DNA from: Thermoplasmata archaeon
Lineage (GTDB): Archaea; Thermoplasmatota; SW-10-69-26; JACQPN01; JAJPHT01
NCBI GenBank assembly: GCA_034667685.1
Contig: JAXDQU010000050.1
Span: 35,964-99,963 of the forward strand
Length of the DNA: 64,000 bases
Direction: 5' to 3'
Under the pieces are notes generated by a model. It saw nothing but the letters and a program-made list of their open reading frames with translations, made no database searches and was not told the origin of the DNA. The position numbers and the translations under genes are program-made. Positions 20,901 through 30,400 of the stretch are shown piece after piece. The first letter of the stretch is position 1; every line of letters begins with the position of its first letter.

Positions 20901-21432
20901 GCTCCGCCGTGACGGGAAGGACGCCGCCCCCGATGACGGCCTGGAAGTAGGGCACGTTGGCGAGCGCGTACGCCGAGAGGTCGATCGCGGGCGTGAGCAG
21001 CGTGGCGTTCATCTTGCCATAGCCGCCCTTCGCGTCGGTCATCGTCCAGCCGTGCGTGGCGCCCAGGCCGGCGCGGGAGTCGTTCCGCCAGGGATCGGCG
21101 GCGCGCCAGCCGCCCACGCCGCCGACGCTCGCGTTGTCGAGGTCGTCGAAGAAGACGCTGGTAGCGGTGGTATTCTCGAGCCCCGCGACGCTCAGGTTGT
21201 GCGCGCGCAGCGTGTCGGTGAAGCTCTGCAGGGTCGAGTCGACGAGCGCGGTCGCGTCCTGGTAGGCCTGCCCGACGGTGGGGATCGACGTGACGGGGCC
21301 GGCGGTGTCGTTCGCGGTCTGTGTTGCCTGGTCGTGGAGGTCGCGCGTGGTGGGCGCTCCCTGGGCGGAGCCAGACGGGATGCCCGTGAGCAGCATGAGG
21401 GCGACGGCGATCCAGGCGAACGGGCGGCTCAC
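11899..21432 (-). CDS. Giant surface protein, ~3,177 aa: multiple jelly-roll (immune inhibitor A/MAM-like) domains, CARDB and NEW3-type domains, C-terminal anchor
   Basis: GTG 21432 overlaps the upstream TGA. Signal peptide; repeated LxSPxIDL...DGxxVEV...WxxxxFDL...GWxIDxVxV modules; CARDB-like VDPDRIEVDYDHAND and ELSTGNNE; ends VPGP-hydrophobic-RWRRR. Confidence 0.9.
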   Translation of the reverse strand: MSRPFAWIAVALMLLTGIPSGSAQGAPTTRDLHDQATQTANDTAGPVTSIPTVGQAYQDATALVDSTLQSFTDTLRAHNLSVAGLENTTATSVFFDDLDNASVGGVGGWRAADPWRNDSRAGLGATHGWTMTDAKGGYGKMNATLLTPAIDLSAYALANVPYFQAVIGGGVLPVTAEQGSVLLTFQTRFGFVNGKDGGEVVAYLHDPALHADEQAFPLAMMNGMAQRGSVHALDGRAGFTNASDWTPVTFDLTPFLGQTIWVGFHVATSPQASSDPDYLTQLPPGVKPGWQIDQVRVVAPAFPQDVKVYGVQGTGFRLDATDHDDRARPGENVTAHVIVIHAASTAGRVRLRITQAGAAAGPDQLIQDAWLGPGATWTVPITFTMPGEGNSVSLVARADVVSPEGNLTLTDPSDRDNAGSLTLDATTVIRYEATLESMQPLVDDGQTATAMANLTNHGNVPIDLQLHLTESFLPDGVNTTTVARDDEIVHLEPGARANRSWPFNGTPRGLHTLSLNTSIPGSLPTPHLAHFYVHRSPPPIFREPGGAHDPNWSAELATMPIPLDDSPGVPGSMWVARHSDEPALDKSQRSYPILTAGPSAVTQASGATYHDLRISVRWMESQPFQGAISGLGQLGLSITYTNPTFDTSFLQGSLPVSSLVWSTQVGVDPTPATYGQVDQNLTWHSKDLPVNIDPSSLYVDTWSLNGMQLRATALMPKFTFANETGIFIDDLRLTGVPDGKDESWRTDIIHLTGNAGDGGAPAQPSSCTWKDPTLPPPQASQVTPGTSVPVQAGFNCWFTMSAAEAAAWDKGQLPGSFPTLWRDAPGGADTLDGSPSVFEYYPPATTAVQSSDRLTSPVLHFTEASDPLVTFLHRESFGVYANQLTYGINQVGYVELQYRLDDGTWSPFYPIYPDGNGGLYPPAPGLVLANPSGDERKSSTYISGYDGFFQTGPCVGNVGVPFCDADGTYLGNIVNATILNAALPMPAPVTRLASFHLRGQPMLAGVDLANRDVRLGFRASEQVGTQSADENAFVQAYWLLRDLRVTPVSVFAMDGAVDNLSLNLPYDWQSMGVGPNTVVPIHVTVRNTGQFPLTLGVDVNVSRLHGAPINSTSIDLGVLAPNETASQTVPWTVPVGEDTAYSIQAHVRALGADFDENDLNDNMTIGLDGSLVARTRNDLAIQAQISPEIGREGRPRYVSIQVFNHGNEPLTHVTLTRDLSLVAGSKTTLVDHTAIELGATVWPSSEGMRFESLDPRVDGQPYSSDDGFVVPNQPGDYTLTVLAAADQTPDATPSDNFYRGSLSARTALYAASFDDGLDGWTPTGTPVWGTSEGFRSPQGVAAMNATSGALPPDTDGSLMSPTVAIADARAAVLNAFVRYDLETRFDGARFEVSADDGATWIPLTPEGGGLPALVGSNPLAINASPDEAVTAFTGDSHESIVNLDGWVPVSFDLATVPGISEDVVFRQVPIPGATSVNALQTDPLADPPKPMSWYAPWMVPAGATDTGRWEFQNQTQVFQAHEGTMVWSGYASHSTTKVDVNDPSIPYYQGTFDVSKADGKLTLSWWDMRDGTLNSSWQGTGARYQIYAWQPDHPGHWPNPQPSNLIPDAQIQVLERNGPWSHLSTTIENVNASNPLRIRFSFYSYDSLYGDLGWALSGVDLRSVTFDDGAVVPLIFAPTGGWVSQRFSTVASIPATPAAWRSVPSVDDEGLATSVWNLTVAPHVDTRLVSPAIDLGEAGSSNVALNLTHRYNLLDDEANVPVGFDSWTNQRYQGAVVEVSALNRTTRQWDDWKQVFAAPEPPGPTAPRPTLPGPIGAPYVATLPDVGDTFQRFPSAWYQHVMSGNSGPNWYKQRAGNISYVFSGASPSGGSGPYAVDRFDLSAYAGQTIRLGFHAWSGGAVDAQPRWWEIAKIEVRGRVLSSPDLLLRARVGTDNSTLQGNFAMDQLEVAGTRYASSLGVELTQQPLHVAPDGTAIIRGTLVNFGPDARRVVGVGLVQDTTPFQASVLEGSTAVLPAGSRYAAATFAPVLAPAGEPGSSVPFALRLTPDQTVSFHTVRLEAIAGTLGADGNFAFAPPPDDVPGRAARTWRLQVADDQSAEIQNATLLPPWLPAPGLVTLRATLVNTGTAPIVNRTVAVDLFNVNKSRIANGSILVPYLAPGASTLLRGPPLRLPAEGNYTVAVRSDELGIAATSLKARVARGDVAYGTDFAEDAGLWVPATLPNPGETTSKVQWRKTDDEHAFGNASMLIGLNDTEVGQGKKLTSWFNGSLTSPLVDMRGATSDAAVEFWSKPRFEGNGNVSVLAIADDGCTRVLGYAPGGSSPQWTFTRLALGTGCGFESKNVTIKFVVSNGDGAGWRLGAVTLASGELSLSPAGLDFPLTDSAVKDFPLLLTNPGAAPKTVSLSLDRLASNLNPSERSWLQMVPDQVTIAPGASMRVTLRASSPAARGSFSRVLSPQVAATSLDEPFVEVLAPLTLRFAPLARADLAASLTLDGQPGASGIRLEEGVPHQIAVSVTNLGTRDSAPTRVKLWITEDATGLTEWTHEETIPALQAGAPLGVDAVVADAWRPDFGHRGNHTIHVLVDPDRIEVDYDHANDGYAVPIRVIQLIRPDLAIDPASLVVRTPTGLVLHEANPGQVIQLGARIVNLGIADAHDVVVRIYEGGAVLREQALGTLAPGQGVDVSATEFAPDNATRFRVQATTPNLELSTGNNERDLDLPIFPPEIQFQVAQTNLTLQPGVPLDVPVQLVNTGPYPQLLTVTATGDAPAATLSLAKVALAPSESRAITLTITPGPSEPARQARLVLAATAQGRVAQRTLDVAVAAHPGADAIVYRAAGPPQALRVDAQLLNTGNTPLSGDVLLEDAAGHVLGQIAAPDVPPGDSAPITIVGELPASTQPGLVDARLVVRQDAATLGDAPVSAQVEPWGETRLDVVGVSAAGRTIHYALGVTFSGNHDSVREPRAYGLPAGARATFDQPNVRLAPGDRAAFNLTIELPDGLQPGMYQPLVGAIDPAATSAGSLLANLTPLSLDLRAGKATLVNVTRATGTPSAGGLVDYAVQVRNDGDDALRGLPVELYVDGALVALQKVDLAPAESGLVHLAWNATPGLHAIVVAVDPHGAHGGDTAAFGDSLHVPQGPLGAVGSAAKHVPGPSPLALLALVALVGRLWRWRRRGA

Positions 21433-24400
21433 TGACGTTTCCTCCGGGCGATGGCGTAGATGGTGACGGCGGCGGCCAGCACGAGCCCGAGCCCGGCGGC
21501 GCCGAAGAGCGGGACGCGCGAGATGCCCACGAGGCCCGCGAAGCTGGGCGCCTTGGCGTCCGCGAGCACGGTGGGCCCCTCGAGCGCGCCCGTCGCGGGC
21601 AGCGCGGTGGAGGCCTGGCCGCTCGTGGCGCGGAAGGCGTAGGAGTGCGCCTGGCCGGCGAGGGTCTGGGGCCCCATCTCGACGAGCGCGGACCAGTTGC
21701 ACGCGCGCATGCAGCCTGGCTCCGGCGCCAGCGCGTGGGGCGCGCCGTCCACGACGACCTCGACGCGGGGCGTCGCGCCGGGGTCGGCGTCCACGTGGAC
21801 GAGGAAGCGGAAGAAGCCGGGCCCGCCCAGGGGCGGATCGACGCGGCCCTCCGAGAGGTGCGCGAGCGGCGTGGAGCGCACGACGATGGCCGCGGGCGCG
21901 CCCTCGTTGCCCGCGCGGTCGAGCGCCGCGACCTGGTAGGTCGCCTCGACGCCCGGCGGGATGCTATCATCGAGCGAGGTCTCGACGACCGTGCGGACCG
22001 GCGCGCGGACGTCGCCGAGCGTGCGGACGACGGCGTAGCCCGCGATGCCGCTGACGTTGTCCTGGCCCGACGACCACGAGAGGCGCACGTTGCCGTCGCC
22101 GAAGTCCTGCCAGCGCAGGCCCGCGACGGGGGCGGGCGGCTGGAGGTCGGGGACGGGCGCGCCGGCGACGGGGAGCGTGACCAGGCGGCCCGCCTGGTCG
22201 GTGAGCGTGAGCATCGCGGTGAAGTTGGCGCCGGGCGGCACCGAGAGCTCCATGCTGTGGAGCGTCGACCACGCCGCGTCGGCGCTGGGCGCGCCCTGCC
22301 CGAGCTGCACCTGGCTGCGCGTGGGGACCGTCGTGGCCACGCGCACGCTGACGCGCGAGTAGGTCAGCGGCGTGACGTCGAGGGCGGTCGTGGCGGCGGG
22401 CGTCGCGTCGACGATGCCGCTCGCGTGGAGCGTAACCTGGTTGCCGCCGAGGTCCTCGACGAGCACCGTGATATCAATTGGGCCGGGCTGCGCGTCCGAG
22501 GGGACCGGGACGTCGAGGCCGTAGGCGCGCGCGCCGGTCGCGTGGAGGCGCGCCTCGGCGCCGCCCAGCGCGGAGAGGTTCGCCACGACGCGGCGCACCT
22601 GGCCGGGCACGTCGACGCTCAGCGTGGCCGTGCCGCCGGGCGCGACGTGCGGCGCGTCGCGCGGGCCGTGCAGGCTCGCGCGGATCGCGGAGGCGTCGAG
22701 CGCGGCGACGTCGAGCGTGAACGCGATGCGGCCCAGGTTGCCCGCGCGGTCGGGGACGCGGATCTCGACCTGCGCGGGGCCGGTGGGGAGGCTGGGGACG
22801 ACGCACGAGAGCGTGTTCCCCACGAGCATCGCCGCGCACGGGACGTCCGCGAAGGTCCACGAGACGTTCGCGAAGTCGACGCCGCTTCCGCTCTCCTCGA
22901 CGTCGAGGCCCAGCGCGGCGCCGGGCGCGACGTTCGCGCGCGGGCGCATGAGGAGCTGCGGGGGCGTCGCGTCGATGCGGACCGGGACGGGGGCGGAGGT
23001 CGCGGTCTCGCCCTCGGCGTCGGTGGCGATGAGGGTGAGGTTGTAGTCGCCGTCGCGGAACGTGCCCAGCTGCGCGACGAGGGTGCCCGCGCCGTGGTCG
23101 AACGCGCCGGCGCCGACGACCTCGGGGCTGCCGCGCGGGCCGGCGAGGACGGCCTGCAGCTCGCCGCTGACGGGCGCGCCGTCGAAGCGCGCGACGACCG
23201 CGTCGACGCGCGTGCGGTTGAGGACGTTGGTCGCGGGGATCGAGGCGTTCACGACCAGCGCGGGAGGCGTGTGGAACGCCGTGACGTTGGAGAGCGTCTC
23301 GATGCCGCCCTGCGTCTTCGACACCGCGCGCGCGAAGTAGTCGCTGTCCGGCAGGAGCCCCGTCAGGTTGACCGCGTGGCTGGCGCCGCCGGCGTCCTGC
23401 GCGGTCTGCTGGCCCAGCTGCGGGCTGAGGCCGTAGAGCACGCGGCCCCAGGTGGTGAGGTTGGTGGTCCACGAGACGACCGCGGTGTCGGCGCGCGGCG
23501 TCGTGACGACGGGGTCGGAGACGCTGGTGCGCGCGAGGCTCAGCGTGGCGTTGAGCGCGAGCGTGGCGAAGTTGCCCGCGGCGTCGGTGACGCGCACGCT
23601 GTAGTTGGCGACGCCGGCCGCGGTCGCGCGGTCGATGGGGATCTCGTTGGCGACGTAGGACGCGCCGTTCCAGCGCAGCGAGACGGCGCCCATCGAGGAG
23701 AGGTTGCCCACGTCCGCGAGGACGGTGAGCGAGCCGGGGTCGCTGAGGTTGTCGAGCGCGTCGACGCGCAGCGAGCCCAGGTCGCCCGGGTGCGCGAGGG
23801 TGCGCGCGTCGGCGCCGAAGCGGAGCGCGGCCGCGAGGATCACGGGCGGCTCGCCGTCGACGTCCACGTCGCCGATCTTCAGCGGCTGGGCCTGGTTGCC
23901 CGCGGCGTCCCACGCGGTGAGCGTGATCTGCTCGCGCGCGTTGCCCGTGGGGACCAGCGAGCCGCCCCAGAGTCCGTCGCCGAGGTTCGAGAGCGAGACC
24001 TGGTCGGGGCCGGCCTGCGCGACGATGCGCGCGACGCCGGTGCCGCGGTCCACGGCGGCGACCTTGATCGGGATGGGCGTGCCGGGCGCGACGTGCACGT
24101 CGATGTCGGTGAGCGGCGTGACCTGCGGAGCGACCGTGTCCATCACGCGCGTGGGGAGCGTCCGCGTGGCGATCGCGTCGAGGAAGCCGTCCGTGACCAC
24201 GTCGGGCGCGTAGGGACGCGGCGTGCGCAGGCCTTCGACGTTGCCCGAGTAATCTCTGCTCAACAGGAGGAGCTTGAAGGGCGTGCCATCGCCGGGCTGG
24301 CGCACGTCGACGTAGCCCTGCCACGAGGGGACCGTCACGTGGGTCCAGGCGCCGTCGATCTGCTCGAAGGCCGTGGTGGTGGCCGCGCCCGAGCCCGCGT

Positions 24401-27400
24401 CACGCGCCTCGAACGGGATGCGCAGCAGGCCGCCAGTGGAGAAGCTGTCGGGGACGAGGAGCGGGAGCGGCGTGAGCGTCACGGGGGGCGTGCCGTCCAT
24501 CGTGACGACCTGCTGGCTGGCGTTCTGGTGCCCGGCGTGGTCGACCTCGTCGAGCTTGAGGAGGTACTGGCCGTCGGGGATCGGGCTGCCGCGCAGGTCG
24601 AGCGGGACGTCGAGGATCTGATTGCCGCCCACGGGCGCCCGGTCGAGGAGCGTCAGCACGGTGGGGCCGACGAGCTGGAGCGTGACGTTCTCGCCCGGCG
24701 AGGCCTGCGCCGAGACGGCGTCCGAGGCGATCGCGTCGCCCGCCGCGTCCTGGGCGATGACCGCGTAGGTGTAGGGGAGGTCGGGCTCCGCGGTGGTGTC
24801 GAAGAGGAACGCGTCGGTGGAGCCGGGCTGGATGGTGCTGCCGTTGGGCGCCGTGCGGGTGATCTTGTACGAGGTCGCGCCCGGGACGGCGAGCCAGGTC
24901 ACCTCGATGCCGCCTTCGGTGCCCTCGGCGCGCACGCCGGAGACGGGGCGCGGCAGGTCGGCGCGGATGTCCGTCTTGCCGGCGCTGCCGACGGCCTCCG
25001 CCAGCACGCCGCCCTCGATGCGCAGGGCGTGCACGCGGTACGTCGCGTTGGGGCCGGGCGGTGCGACGTCCACCCAGCGCAGCGGGGCGCGCGGGTCGAG
25101 GTAGCCCAGGGGGGTGCCGATGCCGTCCTGGACGCGCTCGAGGCGGTAGCCCACGACCGGGGGGAAGCTCTGCCTGGGCGCCGACCAGTTGAGGTAGACG
25201 TTGCCCGCGCCCGAGTAGGCGCTGACGAAGGGCACGCAGCCGGGCACGTTGCAGGCCGTGTCGGCCGCCGCGGCGCCCCACGGGTCGGGCTGCGCGACGG
25301 GGGTCCACAGGTCCGGGCCGGGCGTGAGGTACGGGAGGCCCACGCACGCGGCGCACGCGCCGGTCTCCAGGTCGCGGTCGATCCACGTCCTGAAGCGCAG
25401 CGGCGCGAGGGCGGGCGAGAGGGCCGCGGGGAGGTCGACGCCCGCCGCGCGGGGCGCGTTGTCGATGGGGAGCGAACGGCTCGCCGCGAAGGGCTCCGCG
25501 TCCACGGCGGCGGCGGGCGAGGAGCCTCCCTCGGGCGTGCCCGTGCGCGCGTAGACGTAGCCCTCGATCTCGTGGAGGCCGTCGGGGAAGAGCAGGTGGC
25601 CCAGCGGGTCGCGCTGCGCCGTGTCGAAGAGGTAGGTGTACTCCCCGGTGGAGGCGAGGGTGCCGTTGCCGGCGGGCGCGTGGTCCACGTCGAACTCCAC
25701 GCGGTCGACGGCGCTCACGGGGAGGCTGGTCGCGCTGCCCGCCGCGGTGCCCAGCCACGCGGCGAACGTGACGTTGCGCGAGCCGACGCCCGCGTCGGTC
25801 ACGTTCGCGCCCTCGGCGCGGACCTGCGCGCCCACGACGGGCTGCAGGACGGGCAGGAGCTGAGCCATGACGAGGCCGGGGAAGTCGCTGTCGACGCCGA
25901 TGCCCTGCCCGGACTGCCAGGACCAGTCGTTGCGGTCCCCGTCCGACGCGCCGTTGACGACCTTCTGGTTGAGGGGATGGGCGCCGTGATAGCGGTCGAA
26001 GCCGCCCGCGTCGACGAAGGCCGCGACGGGCGGGGGCGTGCCGCTGACGCCCGCGGCGACGGCGGCGGGGCCGGAGGTGGCGCCCTGCGCGAGGGGCGCG
26101 TCGTCGGCGAGCTCGTAGTCGTCGTTGCCGCGGCGGTCCACGAGCGCCGCGGCGGTGGGCCAGCCCGCGCCCTGCGCCTGCGCGACCCAGCCTTCGCCGT
26201 CGGTCGCGTAGCCCTGGGCGCGTGTGGTGGCGAGGTAGGCGTCGGCGCCCGAGAGGTCGAGCAGGAGCGCGGTGCCGCCGTCGCCGTAGGCCTGCGCGTC
26301 CTGGCCGGCGGCGACGTAGCGGTCGTCGCCGTGGGGCGAGAGGAGCAGCGCGAAGCCGCCGCGCACCGCGGCCGCCTGGCCCAGCGCGACGTGGAGGGGT
26401 CGCGTGAGCGTGAACGACGTGCCGCCGGAGACCTCCTTGGTCGTGACGTCCCGGTACGGGCCGGTGAGGGTGAACGTGCCGGGGCCCTCGGCCTTGTAGA
26501 GGATCGCGAGGCCCGCGTCGGCATAGGCCTGGCTCATGATGTCGGCGCGCAGGTCGTCGGCGCCCGAGCCGGAGAGGAGGAGCGCGCCCACGCTGGCGCC
26601 GGCGCGGAGCGCGGGCTCCACGCTCTGCTCGTTGAGGAGGCCGCGCTGGTCGACGTCGCCGCCGCCCAGCGTCGCGCCCTGCGCGTGGTCGCTCGCGACG
26701 AAGACGTTGTTGCCGCTCTCTTCGAGCAGCACGCCCACGCCGTGCATGGCGAAGCCCTGGCCCGCCGTGCTGTTCGTGGTGGACTTGCCCTTCGAAAGCG
26801 CGCTCAGCGCGAAGCGGTCGCCCGCCGGGGCGCCGCTCGTGTCGAGGATGCCCAGGCCAAAGAGCGCCGCGCCCTGCGAGAGCGTCGTCGCCGAGGCGGT
26901 CGCGACGTCGGGCGCCTCGACGCCGGCCTGGACCTCGTAGCGGTTGCCGCCCCCGTTGACGCGCAGGATGCCCACGCCGAGGACGCCGGCGCCCTGCGCC
27001 GCGCCCACGACGCTCGCGCCGCCGGTGGCGTTCGCGTAGACCGAGAAGACGTTGCCGCCCCCGCCGTTCACGAGGACGCCCACGCCCAGCACGCCCGCGC
27101 CCTGCGCGCCGCCCACGAAGAGGGGGCCGTCGAGCGTGCTCGTGTCGCTGCCCAGGACGGCGTTCGTCGTGTAGCCGGAGAGCGGCGTGGACGCGTTGTA
27201 CGCGTAGACGTCGCCGCCGCCCAGGTCGAGCGCGAGGCTGACGGGGAAGCTGGCGGAGCTGGCGCCCGCGCGGCTCAGGTGGGTGTTGGAGCCGCCCAGG
27301 TCGACCTGGAGCGCGCCCTCGCGCGTCCAGAGCGTGGAGGCCGTGGAGCCGACGCTGACGCCCAGCCGGGGCAGGTCGAGGAGCCAGCCGGTGGGCGAGG

Positions 27401-30400
27401 CCGTGTCGCCGGTGTAGACCTCGTCGGAGCTGCTGCCCGGGTCGCTTCCCACGACGACCGCGGCGCCGTCGGGGATGTCGTCGCGGTTCTTGTCCGCCGT
27501 GGGGCTCGGGTTGTTGATATCAAGGTAGGTGGCCACGCCGCCGGGGTTGCCGTTGGCGTCGGCGGAGGAGAGGAAGACGTCGTTCTTCTGCCTGGAGACG
27601 TCGTAGGTCGCGCCGTCCGCGCCGTGCACGAGGAAGACGTCGGGGCCGTTGATATCAACGAACGTCGCGCTCGACGCGTTGGTCCAGCCGTCGATGCCCG
27701 TGGTGGACCGGTTGGTGACCGCGCCCTGGTAGCTGGGCAGCGCGTCCGGAGGCGTGGCGACGCCCACGCGGTCGTAGATCGTCGCGCCGCTGAGGTCGAC
27801 GAACATCGCGTGGGCGGGGTTCGGGCTGCTCACGGTGGGGGTGCCGCCGGAGACCAGGATCTGGCTCCCCTCGGGCGCCGCGACGCCCTGCCAGGGCGCC
27901 TTGTAGACCGCGGCGCCGGTGAGCTTCACGAGGCTCGCGGAGCCGCCGGTCGCGTAGGCCTGCGAGAGGTTGCCCGCGATGAACTGGTCGTTGCCCGCCG
28001 CGTCGAGGAGGATCGCCGAGCCGGACCCGGCCGCGAACGCCTCCGTGCGCAGGTTGCCCGTGTAGCGGTCGTTGCCGCCCAGGTCCACGAGGAGCGCGGG
28101 AAGGTTCTGGAGGCCCGCGGTGAGGGGCGAGGCGCCGCGCGCGAGCGGGACGCCGCTGGCGGCGATGGACTCCGCGCTGCCGCTCGCGCCCGCGACCGGC
28201 GCGTAGGAGTCGTCGCCGCCCACGTCGATCGCCACGCCGGGCGCGGCGGTGGCGTTGTGGTACTGGTCCGCGTCCGAGACGCCCAGGTCGATCGTGACGA
28301 GGTACTGCCGGTCGTAGCGCGTCGTGCCCGGACCGCCGACCTTGATCCACGGCCAGTCGTCGAGCAGGTAGTGGTCGTTGGGCGCGCCGGCGATCGGAAG
28401 GCCGGTGCCGCCGGGGACGAGGTTGGGGATCTGCGGCAGGGGCGAGGGGAGGTCGGGCCATCCCGCGCTGGGGTTTCCCGCGCCGGAGACCGCGCCGCCC
28501 AGGATCGCGACGACCGCATCGGGCGAGGCGGCGCTGGGGACCACGTTGGCGACGACGATGATGTTGCGGAAGCTGGTGTCGCTCACGTTCTCCTCGTGGA
28601 ACTGCGGGAGCGGCGGAGCGGGGCTGGGCGGGATGACGGAGGGTTGGTCGCCCGAGGGGTAGGGCTGGCCGTGGCCGGTGCTGGGCCACGTGTCGTCGCC
28701 TTCGAGGTCGACGAAGATCGCGGTGCCCTGCGTGTAGGGCGAGCCGATCCGGTCGTAGACGACGTTGCCACACTGCTGCTGGCCGGGCACCTGGTCCCCG
28801 AGCAGGTCGACGCACGTGGGCGGGGACTGCTCGTTGGGGCCCTCGCCGTTGCGCGGCGTGGCGAAGCACGCGCGGCTGCCGGCCGTGTTGGTGCAGTCGG
28901 CCTGGTACGTGGTGTCGCCGAATCCCTCCAGGAAGGCGGCCGTGGTGAGCGGCGAGCCGCCGGTGCCCTCCAGGCGCGCGAAGCCCTGGGAGGCGTGGTA
29001 CGTGACGTTGCCCTTCAGGTGGACGAGCGCCGCGAGCGCGACCGAGGAGATGCTCGTCGTGTTGGCGACCCCGAGGCCCTCGTCGCGCACGTCGAAGTGG
29101 TCGTCGCCCGCCGCGTCGAGCAGGATCGCGAGGCCGTCGCGCGCCCACGCGACGCCATCGCCGGGCTCGGCGTAGGTGTCGTTGCCGCCCTGGTCAAGGA
29201 GGAAGGAGAGCGTCGGCGAGCCCGGGACGCCGGTGGCGGTCGCCAACGAGCGGTTGCCGGGCGCCGCGTAGACGTCGCTGCCGCCCAGGTCGACCGCGAC
29301 CGAGGTCATGGGGTCCGAGCCGCCCAGCGTCAGGTCGGCCGCCGAGACGTTGGTGGCGGCGACGGGCACGTCGTACGTGTCGTTGCCGCCCAGGTCCACG
29401 AGCAGCATGGGCGCGTGCGGCCAGTCGGCGGTGGTGAGCGTGTCGTCCCCCGTGCCCAGCACGACGACGTCGGTGTCGCGGTAGACCGGGACCGGGCCGG
29501 CGTTCTTGCTCGTGCCCTGGTGGAGCGCCTGCGCGGCGTGGAGGATGAGCGCGGCGTCCTCCGAGAGGTTCGCGCGCCACGCCTGCTGCGCCTGCGAGCT
29601 GGCGTCGAGCGTGGCCACGTCCTGCGTGGTGAGCGGGCCGCCGCGCGCGAGGATGGGCGCCGCGGCCTGCGAGGCGCGCAACGCCGCGGCCGAGAGGGGC
29701 GAGCCGGGGGCGAAGTCGGATTGATAGCGCGCCTGCGCGGCGATCAGGCTGCCCAGGCCCGCGGAGAGGTCCGGCCCGAGCAGGTCCTGCGCCAGCGTGG
29801 CGCGCGCCGCGTCGTCGGCGCTCCAGGGCTGGCCGAGCGACTCGTGGAGCATCGCGAGCGCGGCGACGAACGTGACGTTGGGGAGCGGGGCGTCGGAGGC
29901 GCCGAGCTGGTCGGCCAGGAGGCCATCGAGCGCCGAGCTGCCCGGCGGCGCCACGAGCGGCTGGCCTTCGAGCGCCGCGATGTGGCCCGGCGGGAGGAGG
30001 CTGAGGTTGTACGAGGCGCGGGTGAGCGCCGGGAGCACGACGGCGGCGGTGGCGGCCAGCTCGTCGCCGCCCTTCGCGCCGGTCTTGGCGTCGGCCAGCG
30101 CGCCCAGGAGCGTGCCCAGCGCGACGTCTAGGTTCGCGGGGAGCGTGGGGACCGGGGCCGCGCTGCCGGTGAGCGCGGCGAGGCCGGCCTGGAGCGAGCG
30201 GGGGGCGGCGGGGGCGGCGCCGTGCGAGAGGGCGGCGAGGACCGCGGCCGGGTCGTCGCGCGCCTGCGGGTCCCACGGCCAGGAGCGGGCCGCGGCCGAG
30301 GCGCGGTCGGAGGCGAGGGCCTGCGGGATCTGGACCTGCGCGCGGGCGGCCGCGGCGTCCAGGATCGCGGCGGCGCGCTGGAGAAGGGTGAGGTCGACGC

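Noticed and set aside
21645-30131. 2,828-aa plus-strand ORF and similar long antisense ORFs (507..2297, 2307..4445, 14710..19599, 44718..47864)
   Set aside because: Shadow ORFs caused by stop-codon scarcity opposite high-GC3 genes; R/G/V/A-rich with no domain motifs.
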